A stretch of 61,156 nucleotides of DNA from a virus (taxonomy: Duplodnaviria > Caudoviricetes). Position 1 is the first letter of the stretch. Each line of letters opens with the position of its first letter. The position numbers were made by a program, and so were the translations under genes. This document shows positions 56,854-61,156 of the stretch, piece after piece. The notes beneath the pieces are model-generated. The model saw only the letters and a list, made by a program, of their open reading frames with translations, was not told where the DNA came from and did no database searches. The DNA lies in the IMG/VR virus record IMGVR_UViG_3300045125_000015, positions 1-61,156 of that record, one strand, 5' to 3'.

Positions 56854-59800
56854 GAACGGCTGAACCGCCGACAGCATGGACATGATTTCCACGCCCATGC
56901 TCAAGCAGCGGTCGCCTTGCCCGCTATAGTCGGAAACTACCCTGACCTGCCCGAACTCATCTTCGATCAGGTACAGGGTGAACATGCGCAGGTGATTATT
57001 CATGCGCGCAGGATAGCAGGTCGGCTGCGGCGCGCTCGAAAGCGGAGCGTGTATCGTCAATCATCTCGGCGATGTCGCGGCCGGAATAATCCTCGACGGC
57101 TTCCCAAGCGATGATGTCATCGTGCTCCAGATATTCGTCTGACCGAAGCTGGTCTAATATTTCTTGATACGTCATATCGCAGGGCGTGTCGGAAAGCCAC
57201 TGATTCAGCTCAAAAGTTTCTGCGGTTTCGCGTAGTGTGTTCATCGTCTGATCTCCTATAAGTTATCAAAAGTTTAATGTGGTAACGTTTCCACATTGCG
57301 AATTTGGCAAGACTGACTCATTCGTTTTCGGCGCGGTCGATAACTGCCAGCATTTCTAAACGCAACTGTCGGACGGCTCCAAGCTTGTATGCGGTATCGG
57401 CTTCAATATCTTCAATAAAGGGTAACAGGCGGTAAAGCATGTCGAGCATGTCCGGCGCGGCTGCCATCAGTCGGCCGATATTCAGCGGTATGTCGCGGGC
57501 TATTTCCTGATCGCCTGAGCCGATCGTACATCGGTCGTCGGCAATATCGGCAAGCCAGATTTGCTCGGCGGTCGTGGAGTAGGTCATCGTCTGATCTCCT
57601 AAAAATTCTTGGCAATTTGCTTAAAGGTGCGCAGATAATCCAGCGCGTTGCGGTAGTCGTCGCATCTGATCTTGTCGTGCAGTTCGCCGTTTGGCCGGTA
57701 GCATTTGACAGTCCAAAAATGGCGCGGGCGGTCGGCTTCGATGACGGTGTGCGCGCCATTGCGGGAAGGTTTTAATTTGAATCATCGTCTGATCTCCTAT
57801 TAATTGGCGTTCCATGCTCGATGATTGGGAGGCGCGTTGATACGGCTTGCCGCGAATCCAGCTTCGGCCAATACATTTGAAAATCGCGGACGTCTTGCAG
57901 GCGCGGCAGCTCGCTTCGCGCAGCGGTCGCAAAGTTCGTAACCCTGGTCGGCGGTGGATTTCGAGTCGGGCACTAAGGCAAGCTGGCCGTTCTCGTTGGC
58001 GGTCGATGGCCGGAAGTACAAGTAAAAGCGGCTCCAGGTTTCCGAGCGTTTGCTGGCATCCTGGCGCGGTTGTGATGCCGGCCTCAGCGCAAGCGGTCAC
58101 AATGTCATTAAATTTCATCCACGGTTGTCATCGTGCGGTCTCCAGTGAGGCAATCATTCGGGGCGGTGGGCTGAATACTTCGATGGCGATAACCCAGCGC
58201 GGCAATATCTCGCAGGGCGTGGGCGGTCAGCGTCTTTAGTGCCGGCGATGCGGGCGAATAGCTTGCAGCGGCTTTGCAGGCGGGATAGTAGGTCAATAAT
58301 CCGTAGTTTTTATCTGTGCGAATAGTTATTTTCATTTTGATAATCCTTTACAAGTAGCATATCCATTTTGTTTGAGATATTCGCTTAGTTCTCAAAGGTT
58401 GCTTGTGTTGCAGCCTGACATAATTGTTAAAACTTTTAACTATTGGGGCTTCAATTGCGCCGATTTTTGTTGTGCGTAATTGGTCGGGCGGGCAATTTAA
58501 AATTACTGCGCCATCGCTTAATAATTTTTCGTAAAGCGGGAACCAGTCGGGAACTAATTTCATAGGAACTTCGGAAACCTGCAAACCTTCCGCAAGTTTC
58601 CAAAAATCCGTCTGTGATTTGCGGGCTTTCATGCGCTTACCTAAACCAGCGTTGCGCTACTGCGGCAGATAATTCGCGGCGGGCGGTGCGTCTGATCTCG
58701 TCGGCCGTTTTGCGGTCGTCTGGTAGGTCTGCGCGGAATCTATCCCAAAGGGCTGACGATAAAACGGCGCAAGCTGCGCGGCGGTATTCAGTCGGCCAAT
58801 ATTGGCCGGTGCAATAGTCACGCGATAACCTGATTCTGTTTTGACCAGGGACAAGCGGCCGGAATAACTGCTGCGGGCGGCTTCGAGTAAATCTTGGGCG
58901 GTGATACTGTCGCGCCAGCTAATAGCTGCAAGTAGTGCCTGGGCGTGGTGCAGGTCGCGGGTTATGCTGCGGCTTTCGCTGCGGTAGGCTGAAACATCCC
59001 CATAATTGCAGGAATTCCAGGCCAGGGCGTTGACGTATCCAGCGGTCGAGGGCGGCGATTATTTGGGCTTTTTCGTTTTGCATGGTGGTGGCTCCAATTA
59101 GTTTAGGTCTAGGGCTTGCTGCTGCGGGTAGCGGGCGTGGTTGGTGAAATAAAACCGGACGGTGTAACAGTCGGCGTGTAAACGGCTTATAGCGTCAACG
59201 GCGAACTGTGATTGATCGTCGGCGGTGCTTATGGTCAAGTCGGGCAGCGCGGCGAACGTCATCATGTAAGCGTCAAGTTCGGCGGCCTCATCGTCCGATA
59301 GTCCGGTGTAATCGGCATTGATAAGGGCTGGCAGCCAATGAGCGGCAAGCGTTTCTTCGTAGTAGTCGTTTAATCGGTGCATGGTCGGCCTCAGTCGATT
59401 TCAGGTTGTGTGCGGGCAAGGGCGGCGCAAAATAGGCTTGTGCCGGTGGTGAATAGTCCGCTGGCGTGGTCAATGTGGCCGAGAGTCCAGGCGGCAAGAC
59501 AGATACCGGCCAGGATCAGGCAAGCGGCGCAAAGGGCGAGATTAAATAGGCGCATGGTTGGCCTCTGGAATGGTAAAAGTGGCGATAAGCCAGCAGCAAT
59601 CAGGAAAGCCTCGGTTATCGTGGCGCAGGTGGGCTGGCGGCTTGTCAGTGCCGAGCGGAAAGGTGTACAGGTCGGCGTGTTTGAAGCCGAATTCCTGCAT
59701 GGCTTGCACGAGTGCGCCGAATTGGCCTTTTCCAACAGCAACAGACAGTCCGAGTTCACCGCCTGCATGGTGAGCGCATTGCGCGGCCTCGATAGCGCTT

Positions 59801-60340
59801 GTAAACGGCAAGCGGGTATCTTGCGGAAGGTCGAAAAACGATCGGTTCATAGTATTGGCTCCAATGGTGGCCGAGCGCGGCGGCTCGGCCGGTATTAGTC
59901 AATAAAGCTCGTCGGCGTGATCTTCGAGGGCGGTTACAAGTCCGTCAAAATCTTCAGATGCGCCCAGGATTGATGCGAGCGTGAAAACGGTCTGCGTGTC
60001 GATGCCGAAATCTTCGGCCAGTGCTTCAAGGTATTCGCGGCGGTTGGTGTATCCGTTGGCGGTGTAATCGTTCATGGTCGGCCTCTTATGGTTGAAAGCG
60101 GGGAAGGTTGCGAACGAAGGTATTTTCCTGGTACAGCTCGCGGTATTCGACCGGTTGGCCAGCGGCGGTCTTTGCGGCGTGGAAAACCGCAAAATCGCAA
60201 TCTTCTTCCAGGTATGCTATATCGTCGCGCTGGTAAGAGTAATTACTGATCTTGTGGGTTATGCCGAGCGAGTCCAGCTCGGCGCGGGAACTTCCAGCCA
60301 GCCATGGCCAGGGTCGGTAATAAAGCGGTATGTCATGATT
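56800..60340 (-). CDS. Cluster of about 12 small leftward (probably early) hypothetical genes
   Basis: Examples: 56800-57003, 56996-57244, 57318-57587 (LMAAAPDML), 58108-58335, 58348-58632, approx. 58637-59083, 59098-59382, 59899-60075, approx. 60090-60337 (FITDPGHGWLEV...YLEEDCD). Most have recognisable RBSs. Confidence 0.55.
57241..57799 (-). repeat. Three exact 18-bp repeats TAGGAGATCAGACGATGA covering RBS and start codon
   Basis: + strand TCATCGTCTGATCTCCTA at 57241-57258, 57584-57601, 57782-57799. Confidence 0.9.
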
Positions 60341-60563
60341 TCACTCTCCAGGTTAGGCGATACAGGGGTGCATCGCATGGGCTAAAGACTAGCAGAATGC
60401 AATACATTCGCAAGTGTCGAATCATGTTTTATTGATGGTATTTATTGATTGATTTGGGCGGGTTGATTGATTTTCTGTATTTGTTCCGGTATCGTGCGGG
60501 CAAATAGGGGCGCAGCCTGGAGGGTTGCGCGGCGGCAAGTGAGCGAAGCGAACATCGGTACAA

Positions 60564-61156
60564 ATGAATCGAAAGTCCATCAAAGCACAAGTAAAGGAAA
60601 GAGGGATAGAACAGGCAATGCGTGTTCCCAAAGGTACGCTCACACCTAAAATGCGGAAGTTCGCGGAAGCTGTAGCGTTAGGCAATACCGGCGCGGATGC
60701 TTACCGGCAAGCGTATAGCGACAAGGGAAGCGTCGATACCATCGGCAATAATGCCAGCCGGTTAAAAGCGGACGCTAGGATAAAAGCAGAGATCGATCGC
60801 ATAGAACGGGCTAATCAGTTGGCTGCGTTGCATTCTGCAGCTGGCTTGCGTTCTATCGTTATTTCAACGCTTGCCGAGATAGCAACAAATCCCGATTCAA
60901 AGGATGCTGTGCGCGTCCAGGCTGTGCGCTCCATCGGGCAGCTTGTTGGCGTGGACGCGTTCAGGGAAACCAAGCGCGTCGAGCACGTCCAGGATTCGGG
61001 CGAGATCAAAGCGCAGATATTAGACCAGCTGAAACGTATGGTGCTGAACACCGGCGAAGCGGAAACAGTGGACGCGGAATCGCTGCTCAGTGAAATAGCT
61101 GGCGACGGAACCCACCGTGGGGGCACCACCCCAAATCAGAATCGGGACTCCGACTC
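60564..61156 (+). CDS. Terminase small subunit-like protein (3' truncated)
   Basis: Open frame to the window edge: LTPKMRKFAEAVALGNTGADAYRQAY...NASRLKADARIKAEI...RVQAVRSIGQLVG. Confidence 0.65.
   Translation, partial: MNRKSIKAQVKERGIEQAMRVPKGTLTPKMRKFAEAVALGNTGADAYRQAYSDKGSVDTIGNNASRLKADARIKAEIDRIERANQLAALHSAAGLRSIVISTLAEIATNPDSKDAVRVQAVRSIGQLVGVDAFRETKRVEHVQDSGEIKAQILDQLKRMVLNTGEAETVDAESLLSEIAGDGTHRGGTTPNQNRDSD

Noticed and set aside
60539-60553. GAGCGAAGCG resembling a primosome assembly or single-strand initiation site
   Set aside because: Short single match with no convincing supporting hairpin.
1-61156. Dozens of frameshifts suggesting pseudogenes, programmed frameshifting or recoded stops
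   Set aside because: They hit essential genes (portal, capsid, helicase) at scattered positions and cluster in patches, which fits uncorrected long-read indels. The breaks are frame changes rather than in-frame stops of one codon.

Overview
This window is most of the genome of a tailed dsDNA phage, probably podovirus-like and of the kind common in freshwater metagenomes (inference). The sequence has many single-base indels consistent with uncorrected long-read error, so most genes are split across several ORFs and my coordinates for reconstructed genes are approximate. Layout: (1) 1-34.8 kb, + strand, virion module: portal (5' truncated), GroES-like co-chaperonin, scaffold-like protein, Mu gpT-like major capsid protein, a run of small basic proteins, head-tail and tail genes, holin plus M15A endolysin, and ejection proteins including a large LPD38-type polyvalent protein. 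Three homing-type endonuclease genes are inserted here. (2) 34.8-47.9 kb, - strand: Ref-like nuclease, a sugar-nucleotide cluster (RfbH/DdhC, ThDP enzyme, NAD-dependent reductase, four glycosyltransferases), resolvase-like nuclease, SSB, Erf and an exonuclease. (3) 47.9-56.9 kb, + strand: divergent promoters, structured non-coding stretches, HNH, a GT23-like protein, ParB-like protein, SF2 helicase and Toprim primase. (4) 56.8-60.4 kb, - strand: small genes with repeated RBS cassettes. (5) A terminase small subunit-like gene cut off at the right edge. I saw no large terminase, integrase, DNA polymerase, tRNA or CRISPR array. The standout is 49.62-50.71 kb: five tracts with a 5-nt period (near-constant GGY plus variable NN) surround a lone RAMP/Cas7-like gene, and three of the tracts end in structurally conserved hairpins. 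This is a candidate phage-encoded RNA-guided system with a non-contiguous code. The second highlight is a yersiniose-type branched dideoxysugar pathway with five glycosyltransferases. No database searches were run; all family calls come from motif recognition.
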